Source: an uncultured Desulfospira sp.
Lineage (GTDB): Bacteria; Desulfobacterota; Desulfobacteria; Desulfobacterales; Desulfobacteraceae
Direction: 5' to 3'
Assembly (NCBI GenBank): GCA_963663165.1
Contig: OY760175.1
Location: forward strand, 2,848,001 to 2,912,000
DNA length: 64,000 nt
In this document: piece after piece, positions 50,486 through 60,554 of the stretch
Layout of the letters: each line of letters opens with the position of its first letter
How positions within the stretch are numbered: the stretch's first letter is position 1
Program-made: the position numbers and the translations under genes
Notes under the pieces: generated by a model
The model's input: the letters and a program-made list of their open reading frames with translations, nothing else
Databases searched by the model: none
What the model was told of the DNA's origin: nothing

Positions 50486-53400
50486 TTACGGCCGGGTGCG
50501 CAGATCAAGGGTGTGGGGGAACCGGGGGTTTAAGGGTTCTTCGGCCACCCGGGCCATGGGGCCGGGGGTATGGCCGATGTCCCTGAACCGGGAGATTCTG
50601 CGTCCTTCGGCCTCCAGGGAGTTGACTGGGAAGACATCATAGCTCCGGCCCCCGGGGTGGGATACACAATAGGTACACCCGCCCACAGACCGTAAATTCC
50701 AGGTATCCACCAGGTCAAATATCAGGGGGGCATGAACGCCGATGGTCGGGTGCAGGCAGGAGGGCGGCTGCCAGGCCCGGTACCGGACAGCGGCCACATA
50801 CTGGTTGTTGACGCCCGTGGGATGCAGCGGCAGGGGCCGGCCGTGGCAAAGGACCTGATACCGGTTTTCGGGCATGCCCGTCACCTTGACTTCCAGGCGC
50901 TCCAGGGATGAATCCACATACCGTGCCGTGCCGCCCCCGCCGGGTTCTTCTCCCAGCACATGCCAGGGCTCAATGGCGGTCCTCAGCTCCATGTCCACCC
51001 CCTCATGGGAGACCCTTCCGATGAGGGGGAACCGGAACTCAAAATGGGGATGGAAACAGTCCGGGGTCAGGTCGTACCCGTCCTTTCGCAGTATATCCAA
51101 TACTGAACAAAAATCCTGCCACACGTAAAAGGGCATCATGAACTGGTCGTGGAGGGCCGTGCCCCACCGGACCAGTTTCTCCTCATAGGGCTGTTTCCAG
51201 AATTTAACCATGAAGATCCTTAACAGCAGCTGCTGGGCAAGACTCATCCTGGCATGGGGCGGCATTTCAAAGGAGCGGAACTCCAAAAGCCCCAATCTTC
51301 CCGAAGCCGAATCAGGAGAGTAAAGTTTGTCGATGCAAAATTCCGCTCTATGGGTGTTGCCGGTAAGGTCCGTGAGCAGATGACGGAAGAGCCGGTCCGT
51401 CAGCCAGGGCGGCACCGGCAGCCCGGTATCAGAACCGATATCGGAGCCGGGAATGGGAATGGACTGAAATGCGGCCATCTGGTTGGAAAGCTCGGCAAAG
51501 GCAATGTCCAGCTCGTCCAGAGTGTCGTGGCGGGCCTCGTCGATTCGCGGGGACTGGCTGGTGGGCCCCATGAACAGGCCGGAGAACAAGAAGGATAAGG
51601 AGGGGTGGTTGTTCCAGAAGGTCAAGAAGCTGCGCAGCAGGTCCGGCCGTTTCAGCCAGGGGCTGAGCCCCGGGCTTTGGGCCCCCATGACAATATGGTT
51701 GCCGCCGCCGGTGCCGCTGTGGCGGCCGTCCAGCATGAATTTTTCCGTGCCAAGGCCGGACAGACGGGCCTCTTCATACAAGTCGGTGGTGACGGCCACC
51801 ATCTGTTCCCAGGAGTCGGCCGGGTGGATGTTCACCTCAATCACCCCCGGGTCCGGGGTGACGTTCAGGCAGTTGATCCGGTGGTCAAAGGGCGGGGTAT
51901 ACCCCTCAATGACAACCGGGAATCCTGTGCCCGACGCGGCCTGTTCCACTGCCGAAATCAGCTCAAAATAGTCGGCGGCACTGGCCATGGGCGGCATGAA
52001 GACGTAAAGCCGTCCGTCCCTGGGCTGGATACAAAGGGCGGTGCGGATCACGGGTTCAAGGCTGCCGCCCTGGTTAGGAGCGGATAAGCCGGGTTTTAAG
52101 CGCTGGGAGACAATATCGTCCCGGTCCTGGGTTTCTGGAACTCCTGTAAGGTGAAACTGGCCGTCTTTTTCTTTTTCGGATCGGCTGAGCCGTTCTTTGT
52201 CTTCACTGGAGGTTAACGGGTCCGGGAAAGGGCCGTCAATGCCCATGGGATCTTCTTCAATCACCTGGGGAATATCTTTGGGCGCAGCCCAGGGCAGGCT
52301 GTCCAAAGGCAGGCGCAGCCCCATGGGGGAATCGCCGGGCACCAGAAACAGGTTGTCACTGCGCAACTGCCAGACACAGCTTTTCCAGGAGCCTCTTTTC
52401 AAGGGCAGGACATAGCCCGTGACCGCGCCCACGCCGGTCTCAAACACCCGGGCCATGCGGGCCCGTTCCTCGGGGTCTTTGAGGCGCGGGTCTTCAGGGG
52501 TGACGTTTACCGGCAGGCGCTGCTCCTTTAAGAGCCAGTGAAACACATCTTCATAGGCCGGAATGATGAATTTGGGGTTAACGCCCAGGACAGTGGTGAC
52601 GGCCTGCATCAATGCCTTTGCCTGATCCGGGCCGAATCCGTAGTCCCGGTCGTCATCGGCCAGCAGGGTGGGGTCTTTCCAGAGGGGGCGGCCGTCTTTG
52701 CGCCAATAACAGCCAAGGGCCCACCGGGGCAGCGATTCCCCGGGGTACCACTTGCCCTGGCCCATGTGAAGCAGACTGCCCGGGGCCCATTTTCGGCGAA
52801 GGCGATGGAGAAGCTCAAGGGCCTTGAGCTTCTTGGTGGGGCCCACCGCCGCGGTATTCCACTCATCGGCGTCCATGTCCGTATTAGAGACAAAGGTGGG
52901 CTCCCCGCCCATGGTCAGGTGGATGCTGCTCTCCTGAATTTCCCGGTCCACCTGGAACCCCAGGTCATGGATCTTAGTCCAGACATCCTCGGGATAGGGC
53001 CTTGTGGACCTTGGGTCTTCGTGGATCCGGGTGACCCGCATGGTGTGGACGAAATCCACCTGGCACATTTCAAGGGCCCCGGTCACCGGGGCCGCACTTT
53101 TGGGGTAAGGGGTACAGGCAAGGGGAATATGGCCTTCCCCGGCCAGAAGCCCGGATGTGGGGTCCAGCCCCACCCAGCCGGCGCCCGGCAAAAACACCTC
53201 CACCCAGGCGTGAAGGTCTGTAAAATCCTCGGAAGGACCTGCCGGGCCCTCCAGGGGCTTGACATCGGCGGTAAGCTGGATCAGGTAGCCCGAGACAAAC
53301 CGGGCCGCAAGGCCTAAGTGGCGCAGGATGTTGACCAGGAGCCATGCCGAATCCCGGCAGGAGCCCGACCTCTTGGTCAGGGTCTGTTCACAGGTCTGGA

Positions 53401-53896
53401 CATTGGGCTCCATGCGAATATTATACCGGATGGCCTGCTCAAGGTCCTGGTTGACCTTTACCAGAAAATCGATGGTCCCGGTTTTTTTCCGGTCAATGGT
53501 ATTCAGGTAGGCTCTGAACATTTTACCGGAACGGGTCTTTTTCAAAAACGGTCCCAGGTCCTTTTTCACTTCCGGGGCATACTTAAACGGATAATCCCGG
53601 GCACTTTCCTCCAGGAAAAAATCAAAGGGATTGATGGTCACCATCTCGGCGACCAGGTCCACCACAATGGAAAAGTGATCGGTCTTTTCAGGGAAATTGA
53701 GCCGGGAAAGGTAGTTGGAAAAGGGGTCCTGCTGCCAGTTGATAAAATGATTTTCCGGTAAAACGGTCTGGTTGTAACTTAAAATCGGGGTCCGGCAGTG
53801 GGGGGCCGGCCGCAGCCTTACCACCTGAGGGCCTAACTGGATCTTGCGGTCATAGGTATAATCGGTTTTATGGTACAGGGCCACATGAATTGCCAT
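50486..53896 (-). CDS. transglutaminase fused to DUF2126 putative amidoligase
   Basis: MAIHVALYHKTDYTY, GSCRDSAW / DLHAW / DPTSG, LTMGGEPTFVS, VTPDPGVIEVNIHP, GTGGGNH, LLEFRSFEMPPH. Confidence 0.93.
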   Translation of the reverse strand: MAIHVALYHKTDYTYDRKIQLGPQVVRLRPAPHCRTPILSYNQTVLPENHFINWQQDPFSNYLSRLNFPEKTDHFSIVVDLVAEMVTINPFDFFLEESARDYPFKYAPEVKKDLGPFLKKTRSGKMFRAYLNTIDRKKTGTIDFLVKVNQDLEQAIRYNIRMEPNVQTCEQTLTKRSGSCRDSAWLLVNILRHLGLAARFVSGYLIQLTADVKPLEGPAGPSEDFTDLHAWVEVFLPGAGWVGLDPTSGLLAGEGHIPLACTPYPKSAAPVTGALEMCQVDFVHTMRVTRIHEDPRSTRPYPEDVWTKIHDLGFQVDREIQESSIHLTMGGEPTFVSNTDMDADEWNTAAVGPTKKLKALELLHRLRRKWAPGSLLHMGQGKWYPGESLPRWALGCYWRKDGRPLWKDPTLLADDDRDYGFGPDQAKALMQAVTTVLGVNPKFIIPAYEDVFHWLLKEQRLPVNVTPEDPRLKDPEERARMARVFETGVGAVTGYVLPLKRGSWKSCVWQLRSDNLFLVPGDSPMGLRLPLDSLPWAAPKDIPQVIEEDPMGIDGPFPDPLTSSEDKERLSRSEKEKDGQFHLTGVPETQDRDDIVSQRLKPGLSAPNQGGSLEPVIRTALCIQPRDGRLYVFMPPMASAADYFELISAVEQAASGTGFPVVIEGYTPPFDHRINCLNVTPDPGVIEVNIHPADSWEQMVAVTTDLYEEARLSGLGTEKFMLDGRHSGTGGGNHIVMGAQSPGLSPWLKRPDLLRSFLTFWNNHPSLSFLFSGLFMGPTSQSPRIDEARHDTLDELDIAFAELSNQMAAFQSIPIPGSDIGSDTGLPVPPWLTDRLFRHLLTDLTGNTHRAEFCIDKLYSPDSASGRLGLLEFRSFEMPPHARMSLAQQLLLRIFMVKFWKQPYEEKLVRWGTALHDQFMMPFYVWQDFCSVLDILRKDGYDLTPDCFHPHFEFRFPLIGRVSHEGVDMELRTAIEPWHVLGEEPGGGGTARYVDSSLERLEVKVTGMPENRYQVLCHGRPLPLHPTGVNNQYVAAVRYRAWQPPSCLHPTIGVHAPLIFDLVDTWNLRSVGGCTYCVSHPGGRSYDVFPVNSLEAEGRRISRFRDIGHTPGPMARVAEEPLNPRFPHTLDLRTRP

Positions 53897-54010
53897 GGAT
53901 GGTTGCTCCTTGAACAGTGTCTGGGATAAAGACAAACCAAAGGGGTTGGAAATTTTAATCCCTTATTGTTGCAGGATTTTTGCATTTATAAAAGATAAAT
54001 TAAGGGTGCC

Positions 54011-54994
54011 TTACTGAGATTGTTCCTGCTCCTGCTCCATTGCATTGAAGGGGATTTTAAAAAAAGTATCGTGGATATTCTTCCCCACCAGGTTGACCTT
54101 GGTTTGAAAGGCATCAAGATACTCGTGCATGCCCATGTCAATTACATCTTCAATATCTGAATAATCTAAATCCGCACACAGCCGCCCCAGCCGTTTTTCC
54201 GCTGAATTGGAGACGCTGCCTTTGGGGGTGCCGGTGATTTTGTGCAAGGCGCTTTGGGCGTCTTTGAGGCAAAAATGAATGGCCCTGGGAAAGTTGGTAT
54301 CAAAAATAAGAAAATTGCAGACCTGTTTGGGGGCAATCCGGTGACACTGTTTTCGATAGGTTTCAAGGCCCGAGGTGGACTGGAGGACCGCCCCCCACTG
54401 GATCACATCGTAGGGGGAGTTGACATTTTCAGGCTGGGGCAGGAGCATGAAATATTTCACGTCCAGAATCCTTGAGGTCTTGTCCGAGCGTTCAAGAAGC
54501 TGGCCTAAAAGGGCAAACTGAAAGGCTTCTCCCCGGGACATGGTGGTGTACAAAAGCCCTGTAAACAGATGGCCGAGCATGGTGATGCTTTTAAAAAACC
54601 GGTGGGGGTCCAGGTTGGCCACCCGGCTTTTTTCCGTATCCTTGAGCAGCAGGTAGGAGCGGTTGATCTGTTCCCACATGACCGAAGAAATAATCTCTCT
54701 GACGCTTCTGGCGTTTTCCCGGGCCGCGGCCACACAGGACAAGATGGAATTGGGATATTCCCTGTCCAGGGCCAGAAACCGGATCACGTTATTCTGGGAA
54801 TAATCCTGGCCATACCGTTTTTCAAACAGCTCATGGTCCCCGGTGGTCATGACCAGGGGCTGCCAGCTGGCCCCCTGGCCGGTGCTGGTATCCAAAGACA
54901 GGTTCAGGTTAACATTTATAAACCGTGCTATATTTTCTGCTCTTTCAATGTATCGGGTCATCCAGTAAACGGAATCTGCAACGCGGCTGAGCAT
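54011..54994 (-). CDS. alpha-E domain protein (DUF403)
   Basis: MLSRVADSVYWMTRYIERAENIAR; GQLLERSDKTSRILDVKY. Confidence 0.93.
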   Translation of the reverse strand: MLSRVADSVYWMTRYIERAENIARFINVNLNLSLDTSTGQGASWQPLVMTTGDHELFEKRYGQDYSQNNVIRFLALDREYPNSILSCVAAARENARSVREIISSVMWEQINRSYLLLKDTEKSRVANLDPHRFFKSITMLGHLFTGLLYTTMSRGEAFQFALLGQLLERSDKTSRILDVKYFMLLPQPENVNSPYDVIQWGAVLQSTSGLETYRKQCHRIAPKQVCNFLIFDTNFPRAIHFCLKDAQSALHKITGTPKGSVSNSAEKRLGRLCADLDYSDIEDVIDMGMHEYLDAFQTKVNLVGKNIHDTFFKIPFNAMEQEQEQSQ

Positions 54995-55020
54995 GACGCC
55001 TCCTGTTTTTTTGTAAAAGC

Positions 55021-55124
55021 TGTTAGCTGTTAGCCTTTAGCTGTTAGCTGTTAGCTGTTAGCTGTTAGCCTTTAGCTGTTAGCAGGCGTACCAAAAGCTA
55101 ATGGCTAACTGCTAATGGCTAAAA
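55021..55124. repeat. heptamer tandem repeats forming an inverted pair
   Basis: (tgttagc/ctttagc) x9 at 55021-55083, 13 bp spacer, (gctaaNN) x4 at 55097-55124. Confidence 0.92.
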
Positions 55125-55125
55125 T

Positions 55126-56571
55126 TTAATTTTCCCCCTGGCCGTCGAGAACCCAGGTGTCCTTTGTGCCCCCGCCCTGGGAGGAGTTGACCACTAAAGA
55201 TCCCCTTCTTAAAGCCACCCGGGTCAAGCCGCCGGGCAGAACGTAAATATCTTCACCGTAAAGAATATAGGGCCGCAGATCCACATGCCGCCCCTCAAAA
55301 TGGTCTTCCACAATGGTGGGGACCTGAGAGAGGCTGATGGTGGGCTGGGCAATATAGGTCCGGGGATGGGCCTTGATCCGCCGGGCAAATTCCGCCCGTT
55401 CGACCTTGTCAGCGTGGGGGCCGATCATCATGCCGTAGCCGCCACTTTCATTGGCGGCTTTGACCACCAGTTTATCCAGGTTGTCCAGCACATATTTCCT
55501 GTCCTTTTCATCCCAGCACACATAGGTGGGCACATTGGGCAAAATGGGGTCTTCGCCAAGGTAATAAGAGATAATCTTGGGCACATAAGCATATACCGCC
55601 TTGTCATCGGCCACCCCGGTCCCCGGGGCATTGGCCATGGCCACCCGGCCCTTAAAATAGGCCGACATAATCCCGGGCACCCCGAGCAGGGAATCCTTCC
55701 GGAATACCTTTGGGTCAATAAAATCATCGTCAATGCGGCGGTACAGCACGTCAATGGGGGAAAGTCCCTTGGTGGTCCGCATATACAGCCGGTCATCAGA
55801 CACCACCAGATCCTGGCCCTCCACAAGCTCAATGCCCATCTGCTGGGCTAAAAAAGAATGCTCAAAATAGGCTGAATTATACCGCCCCGGGGTCAGGACC
55901 CCGATTTTCGGGGCTGCGGCTGAGTTGGGCAGCAGGTGTTCAAGAATGGCCAGAAGCTTGTGGGGGTATTCATCCACGGCCTTGACCTGGGAACTGGCAA
56001 ACACCTCGGGAAAGGTCCGCTTGAGCACCTGGCGATTTTCAAGCACATAGGACACCCCTGAAGGACAGCGAAGGTTGTCTTCAAGCACATAGAACTCACC
56101 GTCAGTGTCCCGGATCAGGTCCGTTCCCGTGACATGGCACCAGATGCCTCTGGGCGGGGTAAAGCCTTCCATCTGCTTGCGGTATGCGGCACAGGACATG
56201 ACCAGATCTTCAGGGATTACCTTGTCCTTGATGATTTTTTTATCATGGTAAATATCTTCAAGGAACTGGTTTAAGGCACGGATCCGCTGCTGAAGTCCCT
56301 TTTCAATGCGATGCCATTCCCGGTTTTCAATGATCCTCGGGATAATGTCAAAGGGCAGGATTTTTTCGGTTCCCTCTTCACTGCCGTAGACATTAAAGGT
56401 GTTGCCAAGCTGCAGCAGCGAAGTTTCAGCCGACTTCTGCTTTCGGATCAAGGCATTTTCCGGCAAAGACTCGATCTTGTCGATCAGCACCCGGGCACCG
56501 TCCCTGACCGTGCCGTCTTTATGGAAAAGCTCATCGTAAAACGTCCGGGGATTATAATTTGAAAATTTCAT
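55126..56571 (-). CDS. circularly permuted ATP-grasp (type 2) ligase
   Basis: PFDIIPRII, VLEDNLRCPSGVSYVLENR, YRRIDDDF, GVADDK, GGYGM, HVDLRP, NSSQGGGTKDTWV. Confidence 0.94.
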   Translation of the reverse strand: MKFSNYNPRTFYDELFHKDGTVRDGARVLIDKIESLPENALIRKQKSAETSLLQLGNTFNVYGSEEGTEKILPFDIIPRIIENREWHRIEKGLQQRIRALNQFLEDIYHDKKIIKDKVIPEDLVMSCAAYRKQMEGFTPPRGIWCHVTGTDLIRDTDGEFYVLEDNLRCPSGVSYVLENRQVLKRTFPEVFASSQVKAVDEYPHKLLAILEHLLPNSAAAPKIGVLTPGRYNSAYFEHSFLAQQMGIELVEGQDLVVSDDRLYMRTTKGLSPIDVLYRRIDDDFIDPKVFRKDSLLGVPGIMSAYFKGRVAMANAPGTGVADDKAVYAYVPKIISYYLGEDPILPNVPTYVCWDEKDRKYVLDNLDKLVVKAANESGGYGMMIGPHADKVERAEFARRIKAHPRTYIAQPTISLSQVPTIVEDHFEGRHVDLRPYILYGEDIYVLPGGLTRVALRRGSLVVNSSQGGGTKDTWVLDGQGEN

Positions 56572-56672
56572 AAGGTTTGCCCTCAACACATCTGCCAGCT
56601 GGTTTAAATTTCCTGCATCCTGACTCATCACTCAGGCGCAGACCTTACTTAATATACCAATTAATTAATTTA

Positions 56673-56688
56673 AGCATAAACCGTGCCC
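56673..56688 (-). promoter_or_regulatory. sigma54 (-24/-12) promoter
   Basis: Minus strand gGGCACGgtttaTGCt: GG-N10-GC with GGCACG, about 100 bp upstream of the ATP-grasp start. Confidence 0.7.
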
Positions 56689-56951
56689 TGATAAAATTTG
56701 TTTTTACCTTACACCATGGCTTATAAAAACATCTGGAATAACAATAAGTTAGATATATATGGGCCAGCAGGGTGCCGGAATCACACCACCCCGGAATAAA
56801 TCACAGTTTTGTTGATTCACGTTAAAAATGGAACTAAAACGTAATTATTTTTTCCGGAAGCAGGATCTATACATAAAACACCACAGCAGCTACAGTGCCG
56901 CAAGCACAGGGTGGGTTTCTTTGAATTCATGATAATAATGTATATTGTTGA

Positions 56952-57031
56952 GACTTGGGATATGGGATATGGGACTTGGGGAGGCCGTGGATGCCGCAAT
57001 CCCCAGGTCCCATATCCCAAGTCCCAAGTCC
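56952..57031. repeat. heptamer-built hairpin
   Basis: gacttgg gatatgg gatatgg gacttgg ... ccaggtc ccatatc ccaagtc ccaagtc. Confidence 0.85.
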
Positions 57032-57226
57032 AATTTTTTGGAGTTATGTTGCGAGCGGTCCTGAAGCCTTGATTGACGGTGGTTTGGGCGCCGTAATGCC
57101 GTAAGTCAAAATCGTTCAAATAAACAGTGGGTTATCAAGGGTATGACAAATTTGCAACAAATCACTAAACATAATAAACAGCTACAGTTTGCCCTGAGGA
57201 GTGCTGGTGATGAAGTCTGTAAGGAT

Positions 57227-58246
57227 CTATAGACTATCCAGCCACTCAAGAACGTTTTGCTTGTTTTCCCACTGGATCAACTCCTCAATCTTCGGATCAG
57301 ATTTCAGGTGCTGTTTGGTGAACTGGATGAAGTTCTCTTGTAAATGTCGCTTCTGGCCTAGATCAAGCTTTAAGTAAACCATTGTGGATTTGACATTAGA
57401 ATGCCCCAAGCGATTCTTAATTTCAGATAAAGGCCGATCCTCTGAGAGCATTCGAACGGCACACGAATGACGGAAGCTATGGACGGGGTGCATGGTCGCT
57501 GTCCGCTTTGCCGGTAAAGCCTGTTCAAGGTAGTTTTTACAGATCCGGTTGATACCGTGGCGGGTCAAGCTTGTTCCTCTTTGGTTGATGAACAGCCTTT
57601 TTTTAAACGGATGGATTGGCGTATTGCGATGTTCTTCAATATACTGATGCATAAGCTCTACTGTTTTCCCAAGCAACTGAACTTGTCGATATCGGTTACC
57701 CTTCCCAAGAATCGCCAGAGTTTGATTTTCATAATCAAAATAATCCATCTCAAGGGTAGCGATTTCCGTTGCCCTGGCACCGGTATCATATAATAGATAC
57801 AGAAGGGTATAATCTCGGAACCCGTCCTTTCTTTTAAGTTGGACCGCATTAAGGATTTGATTGATCTCCTGGGGATACAAAAATCCGATCAACTTGTGTT
57901 GGCTTCGTTTCCGGGGAATATCAAGGATCGCATTGGTCAGTTTTTGTTGCTCGGGATAAATAAAACGGATCATTTTGGCAAAAGACTTTAAAACGGCCAG
58001 GCGCTGGTTCCGGGTTTTAGCCGTGTTGGACCGTTTGGATTCAAGCTCATTGAGAAACTGCAAAATTAATTCTACCGTGATATGTTCCAGATTGAGCGAA
58101 CTGACCTTTACGCTGTGGTACTCGGCAGCAAACGGTAAAAAAAAGCGCATGGTATCCCGGTAACTTTTGATCGTATTGGGGCGGCACCCTTTGACATAAG
58201 GCAGGTATTGGTCAAAAAATTGAACAACGCAACGGGTCAGGTTCAT
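57227..58246 (-). CDS. tyrosine recombinase (RitC-like)
   Basis: NTIKSYRD, TRNQRLA, TGARATE, GKGNRYR, HSFRHS, LGHSNVKSTMVY. Confidence 0.92.
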   Translation of the reverse strand: MNLTRCVVQFFDQYLPYVKGCRPNTIKSYRDTMRFFLPFAAEYHSVKVSSLNLEHITVELILQFLNELESKRSNTAKTRNQRLAVLKSFAKMIRFIYPEQQKLTNAILDIPRKRSQHKLIGFLYPQEINQILNAVQLKRKDGFRDYTLLYLLYDTGARATEIATLEMDYFDYENQTLAILGKGNRYRQVQLLGKTVELMHQYIEEHRNTPIHPFKKRLFINQRGTSLTRHGINRICKNYLEQALPAKRTATMHPVHSFRHSCAVRMLSEDRPLSEIKNRLGHSNVKSTMVYLKLDLGQKRHLQENFIQFTKQHLKSDPKIEELIQWENKQNVLEWLDSL

Positions 58247-59217
58247 GATTCATCCCTTCTGCCGGTGGTAAATTTGAACAGGCTGTCGCGGCTTTCAGCA
58301 TCAACTGCTTTCAAATATTCCATGGTGTATTTATACTCAACATGACCCATATAGCCGGCAAGCACCGGCAGCACATTCCGGGGTGATTGTTTCCGGGCAA
58401 TGGCTGCCTTCAAGGTGTTAATGGCAAAAGAGTGCCGTAAACAGTGCGGAGTGGGCTTCCCAAAGGTCGTGTCGCCGATAATTTTCCTTGGGCGGCGGAT
58501 CCCGATTTGACGCACAGCATCGTGAAAAACAGAGCGAATACGGTTATCGTTCAAGCCGTTTTCCCCTATCCCCATGAACAGGTAGGGATTCATATCGTTT
58601 TCAATTAAAGCGGCCCTGGTTAAAAGATAGTTGTCAATCTGCATGGCAGTTGATTTTGGAATAGGGATAAGACGGTCCTTTTTGAACTTGGTTTTCTCTA
58701 TGTAAATCGTCTTTTCATCCGGCCGGTAATTTTTCAATCTCAGGCGCAAGGGTTCATTCATCCTCAGCCCACAGCGGGCAAGCAGAAGGATCACCAGATA
58801 TTCACTGTAATCTTTAAGGAACCGCATAGGGGTTTGCCGGATCCGTCCGCATACCACCCCCAGTAACATTTCTACCTGCTCCGGTGAGAATATAAAGGGG
58901 ATGAAGGTGCGTCGGGCCGGAGCGGTCACATCTTTCAAAGGGTTATCAAGATTTATCCGCTGCCGTTTCAGATAATCAAAAAAGCCTCGAACTACATTTA
59001 GAATGCTGGCTACGCCGGAGGGCTCAAGGCCAATCTCATTTTTAAAGGTGATATAAAAATGGGGCATCCAAATGTCTGAGAGATCCGGCTGCCTCATTAA
59101 AAAATCGTCAAAGGTAAGCAAGGCCCACCGGAGCATATGGCAACTGTATCCCAGTCCTTGCCGGTAAACAATAAAGTTTTCCATCTCTGTGGCCAAAAAG
59201 CTTTTAAACGGTTTCAT
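58243..59217 (-). CDS. tyrosine recombinase (RitB-like)
   Basis: PFIFS, CGLRMNE, TKFKKDRLIP, PHCLRHSFA, LPVLAGYMGH..YTMEYL. Confidence 0.92.
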   Translation of the reverse strand: MKPFKSFLATEMENFIVYRQGLGYSCHMLRWALLTFDDFLMRQPDLSDIWMPHFYITFKNEIGLEPSGVASILNVVRGFFDYLKRQRINLDNPLKDVTAPARRTFIPFIFSPEQVEMLLGVVCGRIRQTPMRFLKDYSEYLVILLLARCGLRMNEPLRLRLKNYRPDEKTIYIEKTKFKKDRLIPIPKSTAMQIDNYLLTRAALIENDMNPYLFMGIGENGLNDNRIRSVFHDAVRQIGIRRPRKIIGDTTFGKPTPHCLRHSFAINTLKAAIARKQSPRNVLPVLAGYMGHVEYKYTMEYLKAVDAESRDSLFKFTTGRRDES

Positions 59218-60121
59218 CGAACAACACCCGGCGCATCAATTCCTTGTGGATACTTAGATATACTTTTGTGGAATCAATGATGGAATGCCCCATCATTTCT
59301 TTGATTTCAAAAATGCCGGCACCTGCTTCCAGCATGTTTTGTGCAAAGGTGTGGCGCAGCCAATATCCTGTACCGGGAAGACCGGCAGCCCGCAACGCCT
59401 TTGTTAAATCGTGCCTGGTGAGCCAGGCACTTACAGCTCTGTAAGGTGGGCAATGGCTGGTTAAAAAAAGAGAGCGAGACTGACTTTTAGGCCTGCCTCC
59501 AACGATATAAGCGGTGATTGCTTTGATAACTTCATCGGGAATGGGCAATTGAAGGGGCTTTGCATTTTTTGTGTTTTCCAGGTTTAGCAGTCCTTTGGCA
59601 AAACAGATATCGTCCAGAGTAAGGCGGCTGATTTCAATGGGGCGCAATCCAAGATAATAAGCCAGGTGAACCTGTGCATAGACACGAAGCTCTTTGGATG
59701 TTGCACAGGGCAAATGATCAAATAACTGACGGACTTCACCGGGTCTTAAAAATTTAGGAGGCTTGACTTGAGCAAACATTGGCGGACCGGTCACAAGCGG
59801 GGCTAAATTCTGTTGGATCAAATGCCGTTCATTATACAGGTAGTGCAAAAAGCCTCGAAAACAGGAACGGTATACCCCCTGGGTACTCTTTGCATATGGG
59901 GCATTGAACCTTGCCAGAAAATCATCAACATGCCCTATGTTTATATTGACCAGTGAGACTCCCGATGTTTGCAGATAACTGTCAAACGCTTTGATAATTT
60001 TGGTCCTGCAACAGGTTTGAGAAGGAGAGCTTTCCTTGATTTTAAGCATATGGTCCAGATAATCCCGGCGGATCTGATCCAGATCATAACCGGGCGGACT
60101 TTTGGGTGTCTGCTCAACCAT
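59204..60121 (-). CDS. tyrosine recombinase (RitA-like)
   Basis: PKFL, LGLRPIEI, YWLRHTFA, MGHSIIDSTKVY. Confidence 0.9.
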   Translation of the reverse strand: MVEQTPKSPPGYDLDQIRRDYLDHMLKIKESSPSQTCCRTKIIKAFDSYLQTSGVSLVNINIGHVDDFLARFNAPYAKSTQGVYRSCFRGFLHYLYNERHLIQQNLAPLVTGPPMFAQVKPPKFLRPGEVRQLFDHLPCATSKELRVYAQVHLAYYLGLRPIEISRLTLDDICFAKGLLNLENTKNAKPLQLPIPDEVIKAITAYIVGGRPKSQSRSLFLTSHCPPYRAVSAWLTRHDLTKALRAAGLPGTGYWLRHTFAQNMLEAGAGIFEIKEMMGHSIIDSTKVYLSIHKELMRRVLFDETV

Positions 60122-60554
60122 GATCGGCCTCCATAACCAGTTTGCTCAAAATTTTTCCAACTGATTCAGGTTGACGGCTGTTCAGGGAAGATTTTTTTTG
60201 TACAGCAGATTGTATAAGGTTGGCCGGTAAGGAAAGCACCTGGTAAATGGTGCCGTCAAAGGCAATCAGATCATTTTCCATCAATCCATCCCGAGCTTCA
60301 ATGTACTGGTCCAGTTGCATTTTTAGCAGGGTGCATATTTTATCATAACTGTAAAAACTTAATCCGTTGCGGTCACCGGCCAGAACCAGGAAAAAATACA
60401 ATAACAACTCGTCCCGGCTTAATGCTCGCAAAAATCCACCCGTAAGAAACCGATGGGGGATAAAACTAAATCCTCCTTTGATACAACGCACCCTTGAAGG
60501 GTTCAGGATTTCTTTTTTTACCATGCCGCGCCTCCAGTTTTTACGTTTATCCAT
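60114..60554 (-). CDS. hypothetical winged-helix-like protein
   Basis: GGFSFIPHRFL, ELLLYFFLVLAGDRNGLSFYSYDKICTLL; overlaps both neighbours. Confidence 0.8.
   Translation of the reverse strand: MDKRKNWRRGMVKKEILNPSRVRCIKGGFSFIPHRFLTGGFLRALSRDELLLYFFLVLAGDRNGLSFYSYDKICTLLKMQLDQYIEARDGLMENDLIAFDGTIYQVLSLPANLIQSAVQKKSSLNSRQPESVGKILSKLVMEADHG

Noticed and set aside
55021..55124. Tandem repeats as a CRISPR array (also 31901-31970)
   Set aside because: Units are 7-17 bp with no unique spacers, and there are no cas genes.
56928..56955. ATAATGTATATT as the chromosomal dif site
   Set aside because: Only the centre matches; the XerD arm TTATGTTAAAT is missing.
56817..57119. 100 aa ORF with WDLGYGTWG repeats
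   Set aside because: Translation of the heptamer hairpin that crosses the RIT boundary.
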